This document shows, piece after piece, positions 12,901 to 24,700 of a DNA stretch of 64,000 bases. This DNA comes from Bispira polyomma (taxonomy: Eukaryota). Numbering within the stretch: position 1 is the first letter of the stretch; each line of letters opens with the position of its first letter. The notes below the pieces were generated by a model, which was not told where the DNA came from, did not search any database, and was given only the letters and a program-made list of their open reading frames with translations. Made by a program: the position numbers and the translations under genes. Location of the stretch: positions 7,068,001 to 7,132,000 of the forward strand of contig OZ287750.1 of the NCBI GenBank assembly GCA_965649765.1. The letters run 5' to 3'.

Positions 12901-15900
12901 CAAAGTACTGTCTCCAAGAGAAGGTTGGTAGTCGTTGTTTCACTTATGCAGCTCCTAGTGGAGGAAAACAATGTTCCTACTGATTATCCACAATCAGAAA
13001 AACCTGGTTTCAGTAGAAACCTAGAGTCTTCAGGGGAGTAGCCAGGATTTTTCATCTGGTACTCCCAAATTAAACCAATACATTAGCTTATTTTTTTTTG
13101 TCTTACCAAAAATTCAATTTGTGGAGGGGGGGGGGGGAGGGGGGGATCAACATAACATTTTGGTTTACTTGAGGAGCACTAAATGTTTGTTTTTTTTTAT
13201 TTAACAACAGGAATCTTATGATACTGCTAAATCAGTATAAAAAGAAGTTTAAATTTAGTTTTTTTTTTAATTTTTTTTTTTCAAAGTTTTTCTTTTTTTT
13301 TTTGTTCTTGTCATTAAATTGGTATGCCTGGGCGTACTGGCGTTAATGGTAGCTACGCCCCTGGTCTTACCTGGTCATACAGTATTGTACTATGGATTTT
13401 TAAGGCATCTTATTGATATTTTTTAAAGTGCAAAAACAGAATTAAACAACAGTAATATATACTTCTAACAATGCATAATGCAATGAACAACTGACGGACA
13501 AGGGTAAAACTATACACTCTTTAGTTATGAGGTAATAGCAATCTAGAATCAATTTACCATTGGCTTTGGCGATGCTGATATAGTCTGCCCGGACTGACTT
13601 GGAAGGGTTTGTGTTGTCTATGACGACACTCTTGCCCGATTTGAGGGCATTTTCGGCGGCATCCATGCACTTCTTGGCTGTACCCAGAGTATCTCGGTTC
13701 ACCTGTATGTACCCATGTGGCTTGAGGTACTTCTTGGTGAGGGTACTCTTTCCCGAGGCCGGGGGTCCAACCATGATGAGCATCTCTTTGGCCTTACTGT
13801 GGTAGGAAGGCTGCGTTGCACATTCAGAGCTCAAAAAGTCCTGTGGGTTTGGACAACCCCAGGTAAAAGGAGCTGTACCTTCATTCAAAAAGTATTGTTC
13901 TGGGGTCTGAAAATCTGTATGGGAAAGATAAAAGAAGACTGAATCCTATTGAATCTTGAAGCTATGAATATACATGGTACATTTATAATTTTATACATTT
14001 GCATTAACATTTTGTATATACCAAAGCAATGAAATATATAAGAACCATTGTGGAAACTTACTTTTCTCTTTACCTTCATATATACAATACATAATTGTAC
14101 ATAAATGTCAAGTTTAAAATGTCTCGACATCAGACAATATTAATTTTGCAATTAACCAATGCAAAACAAAATAGAGTCCTTTGTTTATAGGCGAGTAATG
14201 TTTAAAGGTTTAAAGACAGGTAAGGTTAAACAGATATGAAAAAATTAAAGAAGTACCTCTATTGACCAAACTTCTGTTATCCGAATATTAAATTTTATGA
14301 ACTCATTTTCCACTCTCTATAATGTGCACTTGCCTATTGTTTTGTACAGAAATGAATCTTCTATTTTGCTCTCTCTAAATGTTTAGATAATAGAGGTTAC
14401 CTTGTAATATATATCTCTAAAGGTGATCTCTGTTAGTGAATGTTTCTCATAGAAGTCTGATTGTAGCAAACCTTGTTCTAAATTGTATATATCTGTACTC
14501 TATTATACCCAATGCCACATGGATGGCACTTTCACCCAAGTGTTACTGCATGGCGCGGTGTTACTTGTACCCAATGCCACATGGATGGCACTTTCACCCA
14601 AGTGTTATTGCATGTTGCGGTGTTACTTGTGCCCAATGCCACGTGGATGGCACTTTTACCCAAGTGCTTTCGCATGATGCGGTGTTAATGTGCCTTGTTG
14701 ACAATAAGCACAACATCAGAATCAACAAACCATTAATTCTGATAATTAATCATAGCCAATAGTTCATCATTAGTAAGCTATAGGATGTTCAAATCTTGCG
14801 CAAGGAGTCGACCCGGGGACCTTCTGATCACCAGGCCAAATATCTAAGCAAGAATCGAACTGGGGACCTTCAGATCACCAGACCAACTCCTAACCACTGG
14901 GCCATGCAAGATCACGTTGCACCTTTGAATTCATTGGTACAAAGATTGAGCCCTCTTAAAAACTCCAATACAGGTATAATACAAAGCCAGACAACTAGAG
15001 GTGTATGTGTACTGACCAATCCCTATATTAGCAGCAAACATTCTGTCACTGCAGGAGAAATCCTTTGGTTTTCCTGGTGCCCAGTTTTTGGCCCTCCCAG
15101 CAGCATCCCCCACATAGACACACTGTGAGAGGTCAGGGGTCACACCACCATTACACTGGTCTACAAAATGGTCCCACATGGCTGTCCCCGGCTTACGATA
15201 GTGGTTCTGGCCTGTACTCACAAAGGCCTGCCAAAAACATGAGCCTTTCCTTTCAAAATACAGTCGAACAGATTGAGGAATAATAGAATCAGGGATGCTA
15301 AAAACCTGACATATTCTAGTTTTAATCAGACCATGACATTGTTATATTTCTGTGGGAGATAACAAGCACTGAATATAAAAATTTTCTCACAAAAACGATA
15401 ACTTTCTTATTTCTGGTCCGAGCTTTAACACTTGTCTACCATTATAATAAATAAACCTGCACAACTTGATACAAAATAACCTTATAAATCCCGCAAAGAA
15501 GCAGTATTTCTGGCATGAGAATGAGGTAAAATTTGTTCCATGATCAAAATTATTTACACCAGCCGTGAGCCACAAACTACACGGAAACAGCTCTCCTTTT
15601 TCCTTGAGGACCTATATTTATAACCACAAGTAGCAGCTACTATACACATACATAGAAACAAACCACCAACTCCCTTCAACTAGTTCAGATAAGTGAGTTG
15701 TTACTTACATAGACAGGGACATTGAGGTTATCCATGAGATCTGCTATCTTTGTCATGATCTCCTCAGGAGTAGCCTTAAGTTTTTCTATCCCTGCCTGGT
15801 TAGTAAAGAAGACCACTCTGTAGCCAGCCTCGTGTAGGTCACGTAGACGCTGGGGAACACAGTCATACAGCCACTTCCAGTCTTTAGCACCTGGGTAGGG

Positions 15901-16838
15901 ATAAATATTAACTCAAATCACATTGAGGTTTTGTATGTTTTTTGGTATTTGACCAGTGTGTGAAAAATGCAATTTCACAAACAAAGAAAGTTAAATTTTT
16001 GTATTTTTTTTATATCAAATTGCCCCCTTTCATATTAGAAAGTATTAATCATCTTGTGCTCTCTGAGTATGAATGGATAACAGAAGTTCTCTGGTACATT
16101 CAGTCCTGTGACTCTTCCTGAACATAATTTGCAGAATGGTAAAAATAGAACAACTATCATTCTGTGTGACCCTTGAACAGTATATAAAATCAATCAACTG
16201 ATATCAGTCTTTTTTGCACTTGTGTAGTATATTTACATTGACTTTGGCACCTGGACTTTGGCACCTGGGCAAATTAATGTGGCTCCCAGACGTCCTGAAA
16301 ACTTTCTCAAATGTTTACATGTAGTTAACTACTTTTATAAATATCCCCAGGGCAATCTTGTGAGAAAGTATATGTAATTCAAGCAAAGAAATGTCTTGGA
16401 CGGGTACATTATGTTTTTCTGGACAGGCAAAGTCCAGCTGCAGGATGTGCCAACTAACTTGGCAATATGTAAAATAAATAAGCTTATTGCAGTGTTTTGC
16501 ATTTGGATAAGAGATCGCGTCATGTTTTTTTTTTTTTTTTAAAAAATGGGTATATGTGTCTGCTGTAAATAAGCATGCAAAAATAAATAGTATAATATAC
16601 CTGTGGCGAACTTTCTTCCACTCTTTGTACCAATCAAAGTGAAGTCAATGTCAAATCCTGCCACTTTGGCTCTCCCTGCCATGTTTGCCGAGTGCAGTGT
16701 GATAAGTGGGGCGATGTAGGGAGCCCTACTGGCGTCACCCACCATGTTCCACTCCAAGCCCTCCCGAGTCACAACGTCCTCCTTCGCCTTCTTTTCTTGC
16801 ACTTCGGTTACCCGTCTAGACTTCCTCTTGGGCGGCAT
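9924..16838 (-). CDS. PNKP: Bifunctional polynucleotide phosphatase/kinase-like protein (HAD phosphatase + P-loop kinase), 413 aa, no FHA domain
   Basis: Exons 16838-16601, 15890-15709, 15227-15017, 13914-13558, 10177-9924 sum to 1242 nt in frame with GT-AG junctions. Motifs FDIDFTLI..KSGRKF, FTNQAGI, YRKP.T.MW, YVGDAAGR, KDFSCSDRMFAANIG, F.TPE.YF, Walker A GPPASGKST, VNRDTLG, VIDNTNP, EP...EGF. Orthology versus paralogy with vertebrate PNKP is not established. Confidence 0.93.
10149..10500. repeat. 52-bp tandem repeat (~6.8 copies) spanning the acceptor of the last PNKP-like exon
   Basis: Unit CTGGAGGTACAGACATCTAGAGGGGACACCTGTAATACACAGAACTTAATTA starts at 10149, 10201, 10253, 10305, 10357, 10409 and 10461. 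Confidence 0.95.
10508..12880 (-). mobile_element. Non-autonomous Helitron/Helentron-type element carrying an internal satellite array
   Basis: On the minus strand it ends in a hairpin (ATTTTTG-acaa-CAAAAAT, ~10519-10536) followed by CTAG. It holds a central tandem array and a (GCG)n microsatellite at ~12789-12810 near the other end. The far boundary is uncertain. Confidence 0.6.
10600..11970. repeat. ~140-bp satellite array, ~10 copies
   Basis: Recurrent AAATTCAAGATGGCCGCCAAAATTGAA...AAAATCAACCCTGTGGGTCGAAAA...ATCGCTCTATCTAGCACCGTTTCCGAGATA. Confidence 0.95.
13031..13363. mobile_element. Non-autonomous DNA transposon (hAT-like TIR CAGGGGMGTAGC) with 5-bp TSD GTCTT
   Basis: CAGGGGAGTAGCCA at 13031 and TAGCTACGCCCCTG ending at 13363; GTCTT lies directly on both sides. 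Confidence 0.75.
14505..14690. repeat. ~61-bp tandem repeat, 3 copies
   Basis: CCCAATGCCACATGGATGGCACTTTCACCCAAGTG... occurs three times. Confidence 0.9.
14800..14905 (-). mobile_element. tRNA-derived SINE head with a partial local duplicate
   Basis: Minus strand reads TGGCCCAGTGG (A box)...AGTTCGATTC (B box); GGGGACCTTC(T/A)GATCACCAG occurs twice. Confidence 0.55.
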
Positions 16839-17339
16839 GTTGGTGGACTTTCTGGTGGTTTATTAATGGGCCGGCTTGATAATGCAGGAGCCGATTAATT
16901 TATGCTATTGAGTGTGAAGTGTGAACTAGTCCAGTTATATATAAAGAGTCCTGTTTAATATTGACTTAAACATTGACAATATCCCTGTTAAAATCACGAG
17001 TGTGTATAATATATAGATCTGTGTATCAAGTTTTAAGCAGACAAAAACACATAATACTTTATAAGACAGAAGTTCACATATACTACACAAAAAACACAGG
17101 TGTTAAACTGAGATAAACGTTCCAATAATATTTTATGTTTATTGCCTTCTTAATTATGTTTTTTTGCAGTATCTTTATCCAGAAGTATTCTTGTTTGTTT
17201 TGAGTTTTATTCGATAGTATACACTGATCTCCTCTATAGCAACTGGATAATTAATGTATTAAACTCTGGCATTTATTATTGAGCTAGTCAGGAACTTGTG
17301 CAGAAATAATAAATCACTGTTTAGTTAGGCTTATATATA

Positions 17340-17870
17340 TATAAGGGGCGAGTGGTACGGAATGAAGAGAGGACATGTCTAAGCCTGAAAACTCCTTATC
17401 AGCAATAATATAGTTCTCAGCGAGGTCAGGATACTGAAACAATCTATTATGTGTGCGCAGGTCTAGGCACGTTATTACTGATGGCTCATGGTAAAAGACG
17501 TGTCGCTGGCTAAAAAGGGTGACCGAAATACCCGGTAATTCTCATATATTGGCGGTATGGGAGGCGGTACCAGAAGGATATTTTTTTGTCTTTCCGCCAA
17601 TTAAATCGGCTGTTCCATCTAGGGAAAGTGTACCCCTTAAACTTCGCCAGATTAGTTTTACAGACGTAAACGGAAGATTGCTGGCACAAAGTGATCCGGA
17701 AATACTCGATTACTGGATAGAAGACTTACAGTAGTGATAGGAAAATATTCGGAAACGGGCGGAAGGAATTTTCCACTTTGATGGGAATGGTCAAAACTTC
17801 CACTTCACACGACGGGCTGTAGAAGGTTTGGGTAGAAAGCTTAAGTTAGAGGAAGTAAAATATAGGGTTG
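17340..17870. promoter_or_regulatory. CpG-enriched candidate promoter between the divergent PNKP-like and ENOSF1 genes
   Basis: Locally high CpG density and several ETS-like CGGAA motifs (~17671, 17697, 17750, 17760). A candidate minus-strand donor GTAAGT at 17729-17724 and acceptor at 16985 would give a 5'UTR intron. Confidence 0.5.
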
Positions 17871-18746
17871 CTCACAATTCTTTACATTTGGTGAAACACT
17901 GTATGGCTGTTCGACTGGCTCACAAGTTTTTGTATTTTATCTTTAACCACCATGCATAAAGTCATTATGATTCCACTATGCGAATTGGACCAGTCTTCTC
18001 TATGCACCTGTGCATATTTACAAAGTCAAAGTGCTCTCATATAATGCTTGAGGCAAAATGATTGAAAAAAGGGGTCGGCACCAGTTCTTTTTATAACTGT
18101 TTCCTTCAATTGATCACATTCAGGGAGGGATTCAGTGTAAAATCATAATGCCCTCATGGAAGGACCTTGCACAAGGTCTGAACTACATTATAGATTTAAA
18201 TCGGATTCAGTTTGTTTTTGTTTACATTAATTTCTAACCAGGATATTTTTTATAACATTTATATTTAGACTGGGATTTATTTTCTAGGAAATACCTACAA
18301 AAACTTCAAAGCTTACAAAGATATATATATTGACATATTTTTTTCATACCCTCAGTTTTGTTTTATTGAGTGTGATGTTAAATGTCCAATTAAAATTCTA
18401 TAGAAGTACATGTAGAAATAACTCGAGCATTCAACTTTTTTACAAACATTGTACTGGTGTTGATATAATTCGTAAAACATATATCTTGCGTTGTGGAAAG
18501 GCTAGGACGTGTATTGACAACGTATACGGTTTACATTTGTGGCTGTCTACATTTTATACATAAGAAAAGCAAACCTTTGCAACTAATAAGATTAAAATTA
18601 CAGTTTATCACGTGAATCATGGGAAAGAAAGCAACTGCCAATTCGTGCAGATACAGGCTGTTCGGTAGTTTTAAACAGATAATAGCTGCGGTCTGTGTCG
18701 AACATGCTTCCTTGTTTATGTGGCAATTAAACGCCTTGTAAACAAT

Positions 18747-21700
18747 ATGGAAAATCAATCTAAAATCAAGGCATATACAGTGAAAGATATTAGGTTTCCA
18801 ACATCACTGGAAAAGGATGGTTCGGACGCCATAGTAAGTTTAGTTTTTATATATTATTGTACAATCTGGGTGCCTTAATTTTTCGTTGGGCTTTTACACG
18901 ATGAAAACGAGGTTCTGAATATAAACAAAACCATGAGTTGTAAATAATTACACGTGGTTTACGGCACTATGCATTGTCAAATAAAATAAATAATTTTTTT
19001 CGTCTTGTAAATGAAAGTAAAAGTACATGTACCATACTGAATCTGACTACAACATCGTTTTTACGAAATAACATATTTCAAAGGAGATGACATTATATTT
19101 TACAGCACATTTCCAAATAAATCCTCTAATTTCGCCCAACCATTGCAAATTTGAGATCATAATGTTGTCCGTTGCATTTTTAACGAACTTACAGACGGAA
19201 ACAAATATTAAACTTTTTGACATGTATAATATTAATGAAACTGTTTATTTAACGTTTAATAAGTATATATCTACTCAATGCATTGCTATAGCGTAGATAT
19301 ATTGTATAATCATTTATAAATGTTACTAAGTCCACAACAATTTTTACTTTTCCCCACAGATGAGTAGATCACATTAGTCACAAGTTGAACACTGAACTCC
19401 CACAATAATAATCAAAGTCACCCAACCCAAACACTAATTACAATCACTGATAGAGCATATCAGTGATAAAAAGGCCTCGGGAGTCAGTATTTGACAGGGA
19501 AGTGTGTATTTGGCTGCCAAATACAGAGTGTATATATTCTGCAGTAATTTTATGAAAAGTGTTATTATTTATTGGAGGTTTTGCTGTACTATACAAACTG
19601 ATTAAGAGGAATAGAGTTTTATCTATAATCATTGAGTAAGTGTTCTACTATGGATTTACATGTATAGTTATTATATTTCGGAAGTAGATTAAGAATTCTG
19701 TAATTTGTACGAAATCTGGCATTCACTAGGTTCTGAACCTGTATATAGCCCCCCCAAAAACGGACAAACTGAAGTCGAATTTATTTTAAATAGGTTTCAT
19801 ACAGTGAAAATGGAAATTTTGATAAAAAAGCAACGTATGGTCCAACTTTGTAAAAAAAACGGTTCTATGTTATATGATCTGTTCAACAACTGTTCATGAC
19901 AGTACACATATATACATAGCATACTTTTTGTAATAGTACTCTAATTGTAGTTCCACTGTTTCATGAGATGTTTTGCTTAGTAAATACCAAATATCTTAGG
20001 AAATCGGAAAATCTCTCCTTCGGGCAGTGTTGGCAAGTATACTGCTTGTGGTTATAATTCGGCCGCCTGTCATAAATCGGCCACCATACAATAAATGTGT
20101 CATAACTTCAAATTAATTGAATTTGTTGTCCTAACAATACTGTACTTCCTTGAATATTAGTATTGTAATTGTTTTACTTGAATCCTATGGTCCATTCTGT
20201 ACCTAGATTGTTGGTAATTACTATTTGAAATGTGACGGCCGATTTACAACTGGCGGCCGAATTATAACCACAGGCAGTAGGACTACATGTATATGATAAT
20301 CAACATGTACCTTTCATTCAGCTGAGGTTATTCAGCTTCAATTTTTAATGACAAAAACATGTAAAGGCTATAATACCAGGACTTCCACCCACTAATCAGT
20401 GTTATTTCTGATTTTTATGTTTGAATTCACTGTTTATGAAAATCATTTATAATTAGTTTATTTCGGTGATTTACGGTATTTTCAGTTATTCCTGTTATTA
20501 TAAACTTAACACTAAAAGTGAAATCAGTAGAGTGCATACTTCCACCATAATGTCCCAACAATTGAGCAGAGTTTCTCGATCCATTCTTTCACCCAAATTC
20601 TCTCCACCCAGCCAGATAATTGAGTGGATACATTGTTTTTTCGGGTGTAACTGTTTTTGATGTATTTCATATTTTTCGATAAATTCTTGAACCATATTTT
20701 CATCTACGTTTAGCTTTCTTTTTTATCTTATAAGGAATTAATCAGAGTAGTTTGACTTTTCCACTTAATAGTCTCTTGCACTTTAGAAGATACCTAGTAT
20801 CAATAAAGCACGTTAAAAATTCATAATAAGAATAAAATTATGTGTTATCTGTGCATGCGTGAATTTACCCTTGGCGTAATTGATGCAAGAAGCCAAACAA
20901 GCTCATTTAGCTTAGTAGATTTTTTTTGTATACCCCTGGTAACAAATAAACTAATGGACACAATGGGCAAAAACATGATTTTGTTGATGGAAGTATAAGA
21001 AAAAAATGCAGAAAGCGGAACATCAGATTAAACCAAGGTAATAAATAGGTTCAAACATGTAGCAACCGTATGAAGTAATTTTAACTTGATTTTGATGTGA
21101 GGCCTATTTTTAGTAGACAAGCTGGTACTTAAGGAAATCGACATTGAAACTACACTATTATCACACATACATCAATCGCGTACTGTCTTGAAACAAAATC
21201 CTGAATGATGTATGGCACAGGTTGCTGATGACCGATTTGATTTATCCTCTGAAAAAAACATATGTGCGAGTCTTGTTTGATTGATAGTCCATAAACCTCT
21301 TCTCCAAACTTCATAAACTTTACATGATTACTTTAGTGTGCCATAAAGTTCAGATGTATTGGAGTTAGTTCAGTAAACAAAATCAACATTGACAAGTTTA
21401 AAAGTGACATCGCATCCTCTGAACTTCTCAGAACCCCAATGACAAATGCCACAGATCTGTGTGATCAACACAAAACTGTCCTGGGAGATATCATAGACAG
21501 TCATGCCCCCCTCCGGGAAAAAAATGTTTCGTCTCACCCAGACTGCAGCTGAATCACCCCAGAAATCCTTACTGCCAAAAAATGGAAAAGGTTTCTGGAG
21601 AAAATATGGCGCCATACTAAATCCAGGGTTGATAGGCCACACTACAGAGCGGCTGTCAAACATCACAACAGGCTCCTGTCAAAAGCTAAGAAAGATCACT

Positions 21701-24700
21701 ACGACTCTCTCATTTCAAAAAGTTGCACAGACTCAAGAAAATTTTGGCAATCCGTGAAGAAGATACTTCATAAAGTTGCAGATCTGGTTCTACCGGACTG
21801 TAACAACTTCTCTGAAGCTGCAAATATATTTGGAAAATTTTCTCAGGCAAGATTGATAAAATTCGTTTGGCTTTCAAAGCATCGACCTCTCTTAACACCC
21901 CAACTCCACCATATAAACTAGCTGCCTTAAATAAGTTCAAAACACTCAACAAAGATGAAGTTCTCAAAATCATTACTTCATCCCCTTCCAAACAATGTGA
22001 GCTTGACCCTATCCCAACATCCTTACTAAAGGATTGTATAGATATCCTATTAACTCCAATCACAAACATTACAAATTACTCACTCAAAGAGGGTTGCTTC
22101 CCCAAATCGTTCAGAACTGCCAATGTAACCCCCATACTCAAAAAGCCAAACCTAGACAGAAATAACCTTAAAAATTACAGACCAGTATCAAATCTAAGCT
22201 TTGTCTCGAAATTGATTGAGAAAGCTGTTGCACTCCAAATAAATGAACACCTGTTCACCAACCATATGGGAAATACACACCAGTCAGTCTACAGAAAATT
22301 CCATTCAACTGAAACAGCACTTCTAAAAATTAGCAGTGACATCAATATGATCTTAGATAGGGGTGGTGTAGTTGCCCTTACCCTTCTCGATTTGTCTGCT
22401 GCATTTGACACAGTTGACCATAAGATACTTTCTGAATGCCTCAATTCTTGGTTCGAGCTATCTGACTCGGTTCTTCATTGGATTGAATCCTATCTTGAAT
22501 GCCGTAATCAAATCATCAGGGTTAACGGAGCTAAGTCATCTCCCTTTTTTGATCTCCCGTTCGGTGTCCCTCAAGGTTCTGTCCTAGGGCCCCTTATGTT
22601 TTCACTGTACACTACTCCCCTTGCAAGTATAGTATCCTCACACCACAATATCAACTATCACTTCTATGCAGATGACACACAGATCTACTGCTCACTCACT
22701 CCTAAAAATTGTTCCCAGATCCTGGAACAGCTTTCTAGCTGTCTGTCTTCAATTGAAACTTGGATGAGTAATTCAAAATTGAAACTCAATTCTGACAAAA
22801 CAGAATTCCTACTTATTGGCTCCAAACATCAGAGGGAAAAGGTTCTTGACTTCTTTCCTACTACTCTCCTTGGAAATAGTATTGTCCCTGCTGACAGTGC
22901 GAAGAACCTTAGAGTTACTTTTGACGCTGACTTCTTCAAAAAACATGTCTCTGATATCTGTTGTTCCTGCTACTGCAACATCCGTGACTTTCGCAGGATT
23001 CGACGGCATTTAACCCAAGAAAATGCCATCACAGTGGGAAATGCCCTGGTATCAAGTCGACTGGATTACTGTAACTCACTACTATATGGAATTGGACAGG
23101 GCAAATAAATAAGCTACAGAAAATTTAAAATAACCTGTGCAGAATAGTAAGCCATGCTGGCCCTCGCACTCACACAACTCCCCTGCTTAAAAAATTACAT
23201 TGGCTACCTATTGAGTTTCATATTAAATTTAAGGTTATTGTCCTCACTTTTAAGACAGTCCATGTACATCAACCTGCCTATTTATCATCTATGCTGTCTC
23301 TCAGCAATCTCACCAGAGGCAATCGTCTCTCCACTTCTGAGTTCTTACCCAAAAAATCAGCTGGTTCAAAATCATTCTTAGTCGCAGCACCTGCTGAGTG
23401 GAATAGCCTCCCTACCAGTCTTCGGACTGAAACAAGCATCACAGGTTTTAGAAAAAAGCTCAAAACACATCTGTATCAGCTCGCTTTCCCTTCCTAGCAT
23501 TCATTTCATGGTCACGACTGAAACTCTGATCACGAACCTTTTCCGTCTACGGGACCATTCTCTTGCACACCTACTAGGATATGCGCCACAGAGGATGCCT
23601 GGTCATCGATTGTGGCGCTATAGAAGTAAAAACATTAACATAACAGTATGAATAAAGCATGTTAAAAATGTATAATAATATCATGTCATTGACTTATTAT
23701 CATACCCACAAGAAGTACAAAGGGTTGAATTAGATTACAAAGGGTTAAATTAAAATATAAAGGGTTAACTTAGATCACAGTGGGTTGAATTAGAATACAA
23801 AGCATTGAATTAGATTAAAATAGGTTGAATAAGATTACAATGGGTTGAATTAGATTTTTTTTTGTCATAACAAATACCTGTTATGACACAGTATCACCTA
23901 GCAACCTTGCCTGACCCCTCCAGGTGACAAAGGTTTACCTTTGAAAGCTTGGTTAAGGAGCTCAACACCTAGGCAACCTATCCCATGACTCATTTCAAGT
24001 CTCATAATCACAGTCACGTATAGAGCACCAAATGTGAATCGGAGTTGTTGCAACATTATTCCCATGTTTACCACTTACTATGGGTTGAATTAGATTACAA
24101 CGGGTTGAATTAGATGCTAAAAGGTTGAATTAGATTACAATGGAGCGACAAGTGGTTGACAAGTGAAAGAATCCAGGCTTGGGTGTAAACTGTGAAGTCG
24201 GAGGAGACGTCAATAGGGATGCTGTCAGACTATAATCCTGCACACATTAACATTGATGCTCAAGCTTCTTGTTTGGTTTCAGCATAACTTTCAATTTATT
24301 TTCGATTTCTCATACCATTTTTAAACTGTATTTACTATTTAGTTCTACAGAAATTATTAAATATGGTCATTAATTTGCATGGTGACTTTATATTTTTTAA
24401 AAGCAGTGGATTTTTCCATAGAAAACAGATGTGTTTTATAACCTCGTGTTGCAACTTCAGAGTCAACTCTCCTCTTGTCTTTTTGGGATGCTGTTTAAAA
24501 GTACAAAAAATTATTTAGTTCAGTTTTAGCTTGTTTATTAGGACAGAGTAACCTTACAAGGCTTTAGTGAAGTCAGCGAAATTCTACAAAACATCTGTGC
24601 AATATTCAACAAAAGGCTTGTATATATGTATATTACATTGTAGAATAAAGACCCAGACTACTCCTGTGCCTATGTACAGCTTCAAACTGATACAGGCCTG

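Noticed and set aside
13599-16898. Plus-strand ORFs 13599..13805, 13715..13942, 15065..15283 and 16692..16898
   Set aside because: They are antisense shadows of GC-richer PNKP-like exons.
17519-17734. 71-aa ORF in the intergenic CpG-rich region
   Set aside because: It has a GTG start and no recognisable motif; more simply promoter or 5'UTR sequence.
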